A DNA stretch of 63,947 bases, counting the filler, from Malassezia furfur (Eukaryota), in the NCBI GenBank assembly GCA_052055015.1. It is 6 parts of 6 records of this genome, joined end to end, with 100 filler letters (N's around TTAATTAATTAA, not from the genome) between each part and the next. Parts side by side here need not be neighbours in the genome. Positions count along the whole stretch, not along the records: positions 10,971 to 21,818 come from JBQJIT010000384.1; positions 21,919 to 32,696 come from JBQJIT010000386.1; 4 more parts are not named here. One strand, 5' to 3'. Positions 11,734 through 21,972 of the stretch are shown one piece after another; position 1 is the first letter of the stretch, and every line of letters begins with the position of its first letter. The notes under the pieces were generated by a model that was not told the DNA's origin, ran no database searches, and saw only the letters and a program-made list of their open reading frames with translations. The position numbers and the translations under genes are program-made.

Positions 11734-14700
11734 CTATGTCAGGCCCCGCAGCGACGCCAGCGTCGGACGTAGCAGCGACAGGATGCTCTGCTCGACCTTG
11801 GCAAGCTGCGTGTCCTCCTCGTCCTTGCCCGTGCCCACGGCGGGCGCCGTCGCCTCGTCAACGTCCTCGCCGCGCGGCGTCGGCGGCGCACTGGCCTCGG
11901 GCGCGGACGCGGGCGCGGACGTCGGCGCATCCGGCAGCGTGCTCCGGCGCCGGAACTCGATGCGTGCGGAGCTCGTGCCCTGCGCAATGCGCTCCATGAT
12001 CTCGGGCAACTCGTCGTCCCGGTAGTACACCACCTGGACCGGCACGTTGCGCTCGTCCGGCTCCTGCAGCGCCTGCGGCGTCGACGCGTCCGAGCGCGGC
12101 GGCGGCGTCGACGACGTGCGCGGCACCATCCCCGAGTCGCTCGGCAGTCCCATGGCGTCAAAGTCGGCAAACACGGGCAGCTGCGGCTGCACACTGCGCG
12201 CCCCTTTGAAGAGCGCACGGTCCGCCTCGTGCGCCTCCTCCTGCTCGGTCGTCACGCTGTGCTCGGACGGCGCACGCCCGTACTCCCGCCGAGACACGCC
12301 ACTCAGGTCGCTGAACCGCTGGCTCGACGACTCCAGCTCGCTGTACATACTCGAGCGGTCGTGCAGGCCGGCCACCACCTGCCAGATGGGGTTGTCGGAG
12401 CGCCCGAGCCTCGGCGACGCCACTGCCGCCGCTGCGGTCGCTGACGCCGATGCAGACGCGTACGGGGGGGCCCGCGACATGCGCACCAGCCGCGACGCAC
12501 GGGGGTCGTCATCCCGCAGCGTCGGGATGCCCGACTTCTTAAACAGGCCATCCTCCTCCGACTTGCCCAGACCCATGTACATGTCGTACACGCTGTCGCC
12601 CAGCGAGTTGCTCGGCTCCATCCCCGACGGACTCGCGTGCGTCGCAGCCGACACGCCCGCGGACCGGCCCTTGACGGGCGTCGACAGCGCCGGCGCAGGC
12701 GCACGCGCCGCCTCGTGCACTACCTCGGTCGCGGCCTCGGACCGGTCGTCGGCCACGTCGTCTTCCGAGGGGAACGTAATCACCTCCCCGGTCTGCGACT
12801 CACGCACGGGCGCAGCGACCTGCGACGCACGCTCGCGCGTCGGCACACTCGACGCGTCTGCAAAACTGTGCGACGTGTAGTAACTCGCGTCGGGACTGCG
12901 CTCCAGCGACGCAACGCGCGCAGGCTTTGGCGATTCGACCGCGCCCAGCCCCGGCAACTGCGTCACGATCGGCATTGCGGGGCTCGCCACGGTCGAAGGG
13001 GGGCTAAAGGCGCTCACTGGGACGGGGCTCGACATGGTTGTGGCCGCTGGAGGCATCGCGCTCGGCGGCATCGAGCTCGGCATCGAGCTCGGCATCGCAC
13101 TCGGCGACATCGCACTCGATGGCATCGCATTCGGCGACATCGCACTCGATGGCATCGCACTCGACGGCATCGCACTCGATGGCATCACACTCGGCGACAT
13201 CGCACTCGATGGCATCGCACTTGGCGACATCGCACCCGGCGGCATCGAATTCGGCATCGAACCCGGCATCGAACTCGGCGGCATCGCACTAGGCGGCATC
13301 GAACTCGGCGGCATCGCACTCGGCGGCATCGAACTCGGCTGCATCGAACTCGGTGTCTCACTCGGCATTACACTCGGCGATGCCGTGCCTACAGCCTCCC
13401 TCGCCTGCGGCGATGGTTGCATCGACCCCGGACTTTCAGGCGGCAGCGAAAAGGTCGCCACCTGAGGACTCGGCAACTGAATGCCCATGTTCACCAGCAG
13501 ACTCTTGCGAATCCCGCCGGATCCCGACGAGGACGGCGACCCGACACCCGCGGCACCTTCACGCGCCGCCGTATCAGGCGGTGGGACCACTGACGGTGTC
13601 GACGGCATCTCATTGTAAATCGCCATGGGGTCGGCACCGGCTCCTGCGCCCAAATCGACCACCGACGAGGTCGACACGTCTGCTAGCGGCGTCTGCGACG
13701 CACTGGGCATGCTCGGCGGCATGCCCAGTGCCCCTGCATTTGCAGACGGCGCCGACGTATCGGAAATCCGTAGCGAATTGAGTCGGCTTGCGAGACTCGA
13801 CGGCTGCGACGTATTCGACGTGCGCATCGCTGCGTCGGGCGGCGAGGTCGGCATCGTTTCAAGACCAGGTTTGGAGAGCAGAGCGCCCATGTCCTTGGGC
13901 CCCGGCTGACGCTCGGTCGTGGTCATGTACCGCTGGCCCACACTCGCTGCCATGCTAGGCTCTCGCGAGTGCGTCGGCCGCGTCGTGCTGTGCGAGGACC
14001 CCGAATGCTGCGACGTGCGCGCCAAGGCGTCGGCGGGGAGCGTCGCGGTCGAGGTCAGGGGGGCATTGCGCGGCAAATTGACCAAATCGATCGCATTGTC
14101 GAGGTTTTGCGTGGTAGAGACCAGGTGCGGATTGGAGATGGTGCGGTTTAGTTTCTTCTTCGACTTGCGCCGAGACAGCGACCGGGTCCAGCTCAGGCCG
14201 GTCGTCGACTCTTTCCGAGCGATCGTCTTGGGCTTGAGCGCCTCGGTGAGCTGCTGCGTGCGCAAAACGGCCTCTTCAGAGAAGGACGGCTTGGTCGCTC
14301 GTCCTTCCGTGGCGCCCGACGCCAGTGCATACGAGGCCGATCGGTTCTCCATGGCACCGGGGAACGCACTCGGCGCATCGACGGTCTGCCCTGTGGTAAA
14401 GGAGCGCTGCGGTGCATAGTTCAAGGGCCGCGAGCTGGGCATATTGCGCTGCATTGTGTTTGGCGTATACTGCAACGACCCCGGCGGGGCGGCAGACAAC
14501 GGCGTGGTCGACGCCGTGCCCGCTGTGTCGGGCAGCGTGCCGGTGCTCTGATTCGCCATGGTGGGCTGCTGTGCCACCCTGGGCGAAATTTGGGGGCGCT
14601 TGGCCAGCGAAACGTAGACGTCTTGCAGGACCCGAATGATGCGGTTCACATGCTCCGTTTGGCGCGCATACTGCGAGGGCGTGCGCGAGGGGCCATTCGT

Positions 14701-15093
14701 CCCATCCTCCTGGTTCACGGGCCATTCCCGCGGGTCGCGGCTTTGTCGGATCGACCGCACAATCTGCTCCGCACCGCGCCGCAAGTTTTCCTGAAAGACG
14801 CCGAGATCCCACGCGCCAATCTCACTCGTCGCCGACGCACCAAAGCCGTCCGTACCGGACGCAAACACATTAGAGAAGCCAGAGGTTCGCAGGTAGTCCT
14901 GGTGCTGCTGCAGACGTTGGATCACCAGCAGCTCTTCAGCAACACTCAAGCAGCTCTGGTTTGTGGTCTGTGGATTGCCGCCGACAATCGCACGCTGGTG
15001 ATGCAACATCACCTCGATATCATGAATGGCAATCTCGCTCCCATCTGGAGCTAGTAGAAGCGTGGACACGCCTGGGAAGAGGTCGACTTGCAT
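11734..15093 (-). CDS. Hypothetical low-complexity S/P-rich protein with SAMPS-type repeats
   Basis: About 1120-aa uninterrupted ORF. Short ordered blocks at the N-terminus and C-terminus (VVYYRDDELPEIMERI..., KVEQSILSLLRP). Start uncertain. Confidence 0.75.
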   Translation of the reverse strand: MQVDLFPGVSTLLLAPDGSEIAIHDIEVMLHHQRAIVGGNPQTTNQSCLSVAEELLVIQRLQQHQDYLRTSGFSNVFASGTDGFGASATSEIGAWDLGVFQENLRRGAEQIVRSIRQSRDPREWPVNQEDGTNGPSRTPSQYARQTEHVNRIIRVLQDVYVSLAKRPQISPRVAQQPTMANQSTGTLPDTAGTASTTPLSAAPPGSLQYTPNTMQRNMPSSRPLNYAPQRSFTTGQTVDAPSAFPGAMENRSASYALASGATEGRATKPSFSEEAVLRTQQLTEALKPKTIARKESTTGLSWTRSLSRRKSKKKLNRTISNPHLVSTTQNLDNAIDLVNLPRNAPLTSTATLPADALARTSQHSGSSHSTTRPTHSREPSMAASVGQRYMTTTERQPGPKDMGALLSKPGLETMPTSPPDAAMRTSNTSQPSSLASRLNSLRISDTSAPSANAGALGMPPSMPSASQTPLADVSTSSVVDLGAGAGADPMAIYNEMPSTPSVVPPPDTAAREGAAGVGSPSSSGSGGIRKSLLVNMGIQLPSPQVATFSLPPESPGSMQPSPQAREAVGTASPSVMPSETPSSMQPSSMPPSAMPPSSMPPSAMPPSSMPGSMPNSMPPGAMSPSAMPSSAMSPSVMPSSAMPSSAMPSSAMSPNAMPSSAMSPSAMPSSMPSSMPPSAMPPAATTMSSPVPVSAFSPPSTVASPAMPIVTQLPGLGAVESPKPARVASLERSPDASYYTSHSFADASSVPTRERASQVAAPVRESQTGEVITFPSEDDVADDRSEAATEVVHEAARAPAPALSTPVKGRSAGVSAATHASPSGMEPSNSLGDSVYDMYMGLGKSEEDGLFKKSGIPTLRDDDPRASRLVRMSRAPPYASASASATAAAAVASPRLGRSDNPIWQVVAGLHDRSSMYSELESSSQRFSDLSGVSRREYGRAPSEHSVTTEQEEAHEADRALFKGARSVQPQLPVFADFDAMGLPSDSGMVPRTSSTPPPRSDASTPQALQEPDERNVPVQVVYYRDDELPEIMERIAQGTSSARIEFRRRSTLPDAPTSAPASAPEASAPPTPRGEDVDEATAPAVGTGKDEEDTQLAKVEQSILSLLRPTLASLRGLT
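13052..13380. repeat. Coding minisatellite, mostly 15-bp unit (GGCATCGCACTCGGC/GAT variants)
   Basis: About 20 degenerate units encoding SAMPS/SSMPP/SAMSP on the minus strand. Confidence 0.9.
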
Positions 15094-15330
15094 CCTGATG
15101 CAGAACACAAGGTCTCTTCACGAGAAGGTAGACCCACTGGGATCGACCGCAATCTCCACCCGAATCGAAAGCGGGGCGCGTAGGTGACCTCCACGGTGCG
15201 CACGCGAGTCCACAAGATCGGGCGAACAATTTGCCCGTGCTGACAGCTTAAGGAAATCCTGCGCAAAGTGGAGGCTTCGTCCCTGGCGCGCGTGTGTTTG
15301 TGTGTTGCTCCACAGGCGCCGGCCCGCAGC

Positions 15331-17107
15331 ATGCATCAGGCCGACCAAACCGATGCGCTCGTGGGCACCGTGCAGAGGCTGCAGGATGGCAATACCGCAG
15401 AACCTTCCGACACACAGCACGCATGCGAAGCCAGCCTGGCGTTGTTCCACCATCTGACCAACGCCTTTGCGGCGTCCTGGAGCGCAACGAGTGGACCCTT
15501 GACGACGTCCTTGGTGAGTCGATGCTGCCGCACGTTTGCGTCCAACTTGTTTGGGAAGACACTGGAGGGGCTCGCCATGGACGAATATGTGCCGGCCCTG
15601 ACGGCCATCACCGGCCAGCTGCAAGCGATGTCGCCCCGCTACAGAAACATGCTGCTGCCGCTGTTGCATCTGCACCTCGTGTTCCAGCTGAGCAAATTGC
15701 CCGAGATGAAACCAGAGAGGTCGCTTGGCAACCAGCTTCTTCCCAATCTACTGGCATTCCTGCTCCGACACGAGGCCATTGTCGAGGTGTGTTGCGCCGC
15801 CGGAAGGAACGACTAACCTACAGGCCGAGACCCTCGTCGAGCTCTGGCTCGGTTTTGTGTACGCAGACGCCCCTGGAGGTACGGCTTGCACACGCAAAAT
15901 GGAAACACAGCACCTGCCGAGGTCCATGCGCGCATGGCTTCAGCACCGGCTCGTGCGGTACTTTGAAGCACACCCGGAGCTCGCTCTCGGTTGGTTGCAC
16001 AAGGATGTGCTCGACCTGTTTGCCGACGAGCCTTTTGCGCTGCAGAGCCATGCACACCGGATCCTGCATGGGACCAAACCGGTGCTGCACGGGCTCTTTA
16101 ACGCGATTGAAAACGTGTGCGCAACTCCGCATGTGCACACCAGCATACCCGTCCCCTTGCTGTACGACCAGCTTGCCCGTGAGATCACGCGGCGCGTCTG
16201 CGCGGCGTGGTCACAGAGCAAGAAGGAGACGACGGCCCTCGCAAAGCGCCGGCATGTGCAGTACCTCTTGCAGCTGACCTTCTTTGTCAGCCAGCACGCG
16301 TTGGGTCGGCATGCACCGCTCGTGGTGGTCGCGATCGAGCTCGCGATCCTGACCATGCTGTGTCTGAGCATGCAGCAAGATAGGGTGTCGCCCCATGCCT
16401 TGCTACAATGCACGCACTGTGTCCAGTGCCAGACGCCGGGCCAGGAATGCGCCGCGCATGGTCAGCTGGTCAAGCTCATCGACCGGCTGTACCGGTCACA
16501 GGAGGGCGTGACACTCCAATCCGTGATGGACTCGCCACACAGCTCGCCCCTGCGTGCGCTGAGTGCTGACGGCCTCGACGTGGGGTACACGTTCCTGCTC
16601 GTGTCCAAGCTGATGCGCTGGCACGAGCTGGCCCTCGCCGAGGCGCAGGCGCTGTCGGTGTGTGCCGAGTGGATCAGTGAGACCGATTTGCCGTACTCGC
16701 GCGAGTTCTTTGAGCGGATGTCGGCGCTGCAGGCCGATGCCGAGAAACGCGCGCTGCGGACCCTGTCACCGAATCGGTCCGACTATGAGTACGACGACGT
16801 CATTGATGCCTATGTGCTGCGTGACACAAGCGCGCCCGCCGCGCAGCGTGCCCCAAAGCGCGTGCCCCTTGCGGCGCGCGCGATGAACGATACCCCTCCA
16901 GCGCAGCGCAACGCGGCGCTGGACAAGATACCCTCCCTGGCTTCGGACGACGACGAATTCGACGTGCTCCGTGCGAACCCGGCACGACGAGCCGCACGCG
17001 TGTGCCGGACCGTCCAGCGCCTCGATGTCCGTAAGGAAACGGCGCGGCAGGCCCGGCGACGCATGTGCGCCAAGAGGCAACGTAGCTCCTTGCTGCCCTA
17101 CCTGTAG
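15331..17107 (+). CDS. Hypothetical protein (intron 15787-15823)
   Basis: Two ORFs joined in frame by a GTGTGT...CTAAC...CAG intron. No family recognised; start uncertain. Confidence 0.65.
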
Positions 17108-17195
17108 ACTACCGACCTCACCGCCTGACCCCCTAGTTTAGTCAGGAACACTAGTGCCTCCACCGAAGCCGACAGACTCTCTTGCAGCAACAACG

Positions 17196-17899
17196 ATGGC
17201 GGGAACACGACGTCTCAACAAGGTGCGCGATCCTCGAGCGCATAGTGCTGACGCTGTGCAGGAGCTTTCGGAGCTGACGGCAAGCCCTCTGCCGGAGATT
17301 GGTACGTATGGGTGACAGGTGTACTGACGCGAAAGTGTCCATCGAGCCGGAAGAGTGCGTGGTGTGCGCCGCTTACGCAGGTCCAACTTTTTCCGCTGGC
17401 ATGTGGTGATGCGCGGTGTACGTATGCATGCAGCGGCAAGCTTACGACCAGCCGGTACGTGGTATGCGACTGACCCAAGGCTGGCACGCCGTACGAGGGA
17501 GGCAGTTTTCCTGTTCGTGCTACGACGACTGACGCAGCTCCTGTTTGAGTTCTCGACGGACTACCCGTTCAAGGGCCCCGTGGTGCACTTTGAGAACAAG
17601 GTGTACCACCCCAACGTGGACGAACACGGCGGTACGTGGAGTGCTCTCACGCAGCGATGTGCATGGGCCTGCTGAAGTCGGACATGTGGAAGCCGTCGAC
17701 CAAGACAGCGACGAGTACGTGTGTGTGTATAACGCAGTCCTGAGCGCCATCTACCAGCTGCTCGCGCAGCCGGACCCTGACGACGCGCTGGTGCCGGCGA
17801 TTGGTACGTGCGATGACTCACGCAGCCGAGCAATTCAAGACCGACCGCCCTCAATTTGAGAAGACCGCGACGGAGTATACCCAGTCGTATGCCAAGTAA
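17196..17899 (+). CDS. Ubiquitin-conjugating enzyme E2, 10 exons
   Basis: Spliced product MAGTRRLNKEL...WHVVMRGPAGTPYEGGSF...DYPFKGP...YHPNVDEHGAMC(catalytic)MGLLK..WKPSTK...PDPDDALVPAIAEQF. Introns 17223-61, 17302-35, 17355-80, 17418-51, 17455-79, 17513-37, 17632-54, 17715-37, 17804-25. Confidence 0.9.
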
Positions 17900-18148
17900 A
17901 TGTATGCGATGACGCGACGCTCCCGCGGCCGTCGCACGGGTGCGTCCGTGTGCGCGCCTGCCAAAACGACATAGCCCTTCGGCGCCGGTACATGTATGCG
18001 TAGTAGGGCTTGCTTACCTAACCCATCCGCGAACCGCGCCGCGCCGCTGCGTTCCTTCACGCGTCCGCTACGACCCCCCGCGTAGTTGAGCCGTGTTTCG
18101 CTGCGCCGTTTGTCTTGCCGCGCCGGTGGGGTAGACGCTGCCGGGATA

Positions 18149-19147
18149 ATGTCTGGTAGGTGTGCGTGCTCATGCAGCCACGTATGCTATATATACATCG
18201 CCCAACCACGCGCCCGTCGCGTACCATTTGCCGACGCTGATCGTGACGCCGTACGGTATGTCGTAATGTACTCACCCGCAGGGCAACCTCAGCATATCCT
18301 GTATGTGGGCCGCCGCCGTGTCTGACCGCAGGTATTCGTATGTGCACACGAACTACAATAAGGAGTCGTACCTCCTTACGCCGTACGTCGCCTCGACTTA
18401 CGCAGCTCGATGATGGGCGACCTGTGTGTCGCCAAAATGATCCCCCCGCCCAACTCGCGCTACCTCGGCGGCCCCGGCGGTGGGCCGCCGTCCAGCGAGC
18501 GCGCCGTGTTCTGCGAGGCCTCGCGGAATCTCAAGTGGACGATCAACAACACGGGCATCCATGCGCCGGTGTACAAACTGCTCCTGCCGAACCCGGACAT
18601 GCCCGGCAACGACCAGCCGCTGTTCCAGATCTCGAAGCCGAACCCGAATGCGATGTGGTGGTCCATGTTCTACTTCACCTACGGCGGGCACCTCATCCCC
18701 CCCAAGCGCATCGAGTTTGGGTGCATCCAAAAGAATGCGGTCGAGGGCAACGGCGGCGGTTCAGGCACCCGCGTCACCATCCTCGGCCGCACGCCCGAGG
18801 AAAAGGCCGTGTGGCAGACGCTCGGCGAGGGCAACGAGGACATGGTCGAGTGGATCGTGCTCTGTGCTGCGCTCAACCTCATCGACGAGGAAATCATCAA
18901 GGCCGCCGCCCAGCAGCGCACGCGGACGCCCGCCGCCGAGCCCCCCGCGCAGCATGCACCGGTAGCCGCAAGCGCACCGTCGGGTGCCCAGCCGTACCGC
19001 GGCCAGGGCGCCGCTGCGCCGCGGCCGCCCGCGACTGCTAATGGCCGCACGCCGCCGTCACGCGGCGCACCGTCGGGATCCGCCAAGGCGCCCGCGCCCA
19101 AGTCGCAGCCCAAGAAGAAGGGGCTGTTTGGCTTGAAGCGGACCTAG
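18149..19147 (+). CDS. Hypothetical protein (introns 18156-77, 18256-81, 18301-31, 18383-405)
   Basis: Four canonical short introns join MSATYAIYTSPNH... in frame to the 245-aa ORF. Basic C-terminus KKKGLFGLKRT. Confidence 0.7.
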
Positions 19148-19223
19148 ACCCGTGATGACACGCAGTACGCACCCGCCCTTTTTTTTGGTTCCCTGGCACG
19201 CTCCGTAGTGCTGAAACATGTGT

Positions 19224-20194
19224 TTATGTTCGATCCGACAGAACGAGCGCACCGAGGCCCGCGCACTGCAGCCGCCGTGGGTCGGCGTAGAAGGGCGGGT
19301 TGTGCGCGTCTGCTGCGCCGTCGTCGCTCGTGCGCGCATCGTTGCTGGGTGAGCCGTCGGCATGGCCGGCAGCGCCGACGGCGGCGTCCCCAGGGGCGGC
19401 GTCCGGGGCTGCGCGCCAGAACGCATCCTGGATAATGTCGACGTGCAGCGTGCGCAGCTCCGTCTTGGGCTTCGCCCTGGCCGGGCGCCCGGGCGTCACG
19501 ACCGGCGCGTACACGAGGGTCGTCCCCTTCCGGAACAGTGCAGGGAGTTTGTCGTAGTTGATGCCGAAGCGCGAGAACAGGATCTCGTGCTTGTCCTTGG
19601 AGTAGGTGCCCTTGAGGGTGTCGTGGGCCTCGCGCTCCGTCTGCCCGCCCTGGAGGACGAGCGCCCAAAACGTCGTGTTGTAGAGGTTGTTGATGTGCGC
19701 TGGGTGAGCCGTGCGACGTACTGTCTGCCTGGCGCCACGCAAAGTAGTCGCGCACCTCCTGCGCGCCGGGGTACATGACGAGCCGCCCGTCGAACGACGG
19801 GGGCGCCTGCAGCGGCACGCGCATGTACGACGCCCAGTGGAAGACGTAGGCGCCCGTGAAAATCGACACGATGTGCGACACGAGCTTGCTCTGCCGCCGC
19901 GAGTAGAGTGTCGACGCGCGGTCGATGAGGAAGCTGCGTGAGCGGCTCGGCGTACCTGTACTCGTCGCTCTCGCCAAACGCGAGCGTAATGTGCCCCTTG
20001 AATTCGCGCAGCACCGCGCGCGCCGCCTCGTTCATGAGCTCGAGCGCGGGCGCATCGTTCGGCTTGGCGAAGCCGTGGGCATACGAGAAGCGGTGGAAGC
20101 CGCGCCCGTCGATGCGCACGACGAGGTACGTGTGCGGGAGCGCGGCGTCGCCCAGCTCAAAGTCGCGCACGTACTCATACCGCGAGCCGGCCAT
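19224..20194 (-). CDS. THG1: tRNA(His) guanylyltransferase (two short introns)
   Basis: [62 protein letters not shown]. Confidence 0.95.
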
Positions 20195-20220
20195 GGGTGC
20201 CGGAACCTCCACAGCCCACG

Positions 20221-21479
20221 ATGGACATCCTGTCGAGTGTGGACCCCACGGCGTCGGGCGGCACGCTCGCCGACCCGTACCGCCCGTCGTTCTTTGAGCT
20301 GGTCGCGCAGGAGCAGCTGTCGCACCTGCTCAAGCCTGCGGTGCGCTACGTGCTCACCGTGCTGGCGCAGCGCAACCCACGCTACCTGCTCCGCATCGTG
20401 AACCGCTTCGACGAGATCTACGCGCTGCTGATGCTCGCCGTCGACCAGCACTACCTGCGCACCTGGAGTACGTGTGCGCCGTTGCTCACCCAGACGCGAG
20501 CTTCACGGAAAACTTTTACGGCCTCATGCGCCGCCGCCGGCCCGCCGTGTCGGCGAAGCGCGCGGCGTCCGCCGTGTCGCAGAGCACGCTGCAGGCGTCG
20601 CAGCGCCTGCGCACGCGCGAGGTGCGCGCGTCGCTCGTGTACCTCGTGGTGCTGCCGTACCTCGGCACGAAGCTCACGCAGTACTACGAGCACCTCGGCG
20701 GCGGCGCCGGCGCCGACGACGTCCTGCTCGACGACGCACCGACGCTGCGCCGCGACACGCCCGACGTGCGTGCGCGCGCCGAGGACGCGTTCCGCAAAGG
20801 ATACCCGTACGCGCAGGTCGCGTACCAGCTGTGGATGCTCGCGTACAACATCGGCTACCTGTTCAACCGCACGCCGTACTGGCGCCCGTGGCTGCGGTGG
20901 ATGCGCGTCGACGTGCGCCGCATGCGCGGCGACGAGGTGCCGCACACCCCCGCGGCACGCGCCCTGCCGTCGCCGTGGCGCGCGCCTTTGCTCTTTACCG
21001 CACTGCTCACGCGGCGTGGCGCGGGGCTCGTGTTCGAGCTGCTCAAGTACGCGCTGCCGGCGAGCATCTTCTTCTTCAAGTTCCTCGAGTGGTGGTACTC
21101 GCCGAGCAACCCGCGGCGCCGGCGCGGCGACGACGGCGCAGGCACGGGCGGCGCGCCCGTGCAGCCGCCCGCGCCGCTGCGCCCGAGCGACGCGGGGGTC
21201 GTGACGCACCGCCCACCGACCTACCAGGACCCGCACATCCTCACGCACGGGCTACCGGACGCGGGGCTGTTTGCCGACGACGAGGCGCCGCCCGCGCTCG
21301 TGCACAACGTGTGCCCGCTGTGCGGCGCCGCGCCGATCCAGAACGCGTGCGTGCTCGGGACGGGCTATGCGTTCTGCTACACGTGTGCGCATGCCTACGT
21401 CGACAAGTTCCACCGGTGCCCGGTGACGCTCGCGCCGCTTCCGGGCGGCGTCGAGCAGCTACGCAAGGTCCTCGTCTAG
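20221..21479 (+). CDS. PEX12: Peroxin Pex12 (intron 20468-20493)
   Basis: [40 protein letters not shown] and C-terminal RING-like CPLC...GYAFCYTC...CPVT. Confidence 0.95.
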
Positions 21480-21818
21480 ACAGAACACATAGAGGTACGC
21501 ACTGGGTCAGCGATGGCACGTACAGCTGCGAGAGACGCTCGACACTCGCGTCGTCCTCGTCGCGCCCGTCGCTGTGCAGCGGCGCCGCAACGACCTTTTC
21601 GTCGTTGAACAGCGCCCACTCACCCGACGGCTGCCGGACGTGCGCGACGTAGTGCCCGCTGTGCACCGACGGGCCGCGGTGCGTCACAAAGCTCGCGAGG
21701 CGGTAGCGCGGCGCGTCGGCGAGGCCCGGCGCAGGTCCCGCGGGCGCGCCGGGCGCCTCGGCGCCCCCGCCGCACCGCACCGATCTGTACGCGTCCATGC
21801 CGCCGCGCCCGCCGCAGG
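21459..21818 (-). CDS. UBP14: Ubiquitin-specific protease UBP14/USP5-like, C-terminal fragment (intron 21502-21523)
   Basis: His box YRLASFVTHRGPSVHSGHYVAHVR, WALFNDEKV and spliced end LAYLYVF. 5' partial. Confidence 0.8.
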
Positions 21819-21918
21819 NNNNNNNNNNNNNNNNNNNNNNNNNNNNNNNNNNNNNNNNNNNNTTAATTAATTAANNNNNNNNNNNNNNNNNNNNNNNNNN
21901 NNNNNNNNNNNNNNNNNN
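21819..21918. other. Artificial contig spacer
   Basis: 44 N + TTAATTAATTAA + 44 N. Confidence 0.98.
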
Positions 21919-21972
21919 AATCCTAATCCTAATCCTAATCCTAATCCTAATCCTAATCCTAATCCTAATCCT
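21919..21972 (+). repeat. Telomeric repeat (AATCCT)9, i.e. TTAGGA on the G strand
   Basis: Nine perfect 6-mers at the very start of a contig, C-rich strand 5', as expected for a left chromosome end. Confidence 0.88.

Noticed and set aside
13052..13380. Repeat array considered as CRISPR-like
   Set aside because: Units are contiguous with no unique spacers, lie in frame within a CDS, and the context is eukaryotic.
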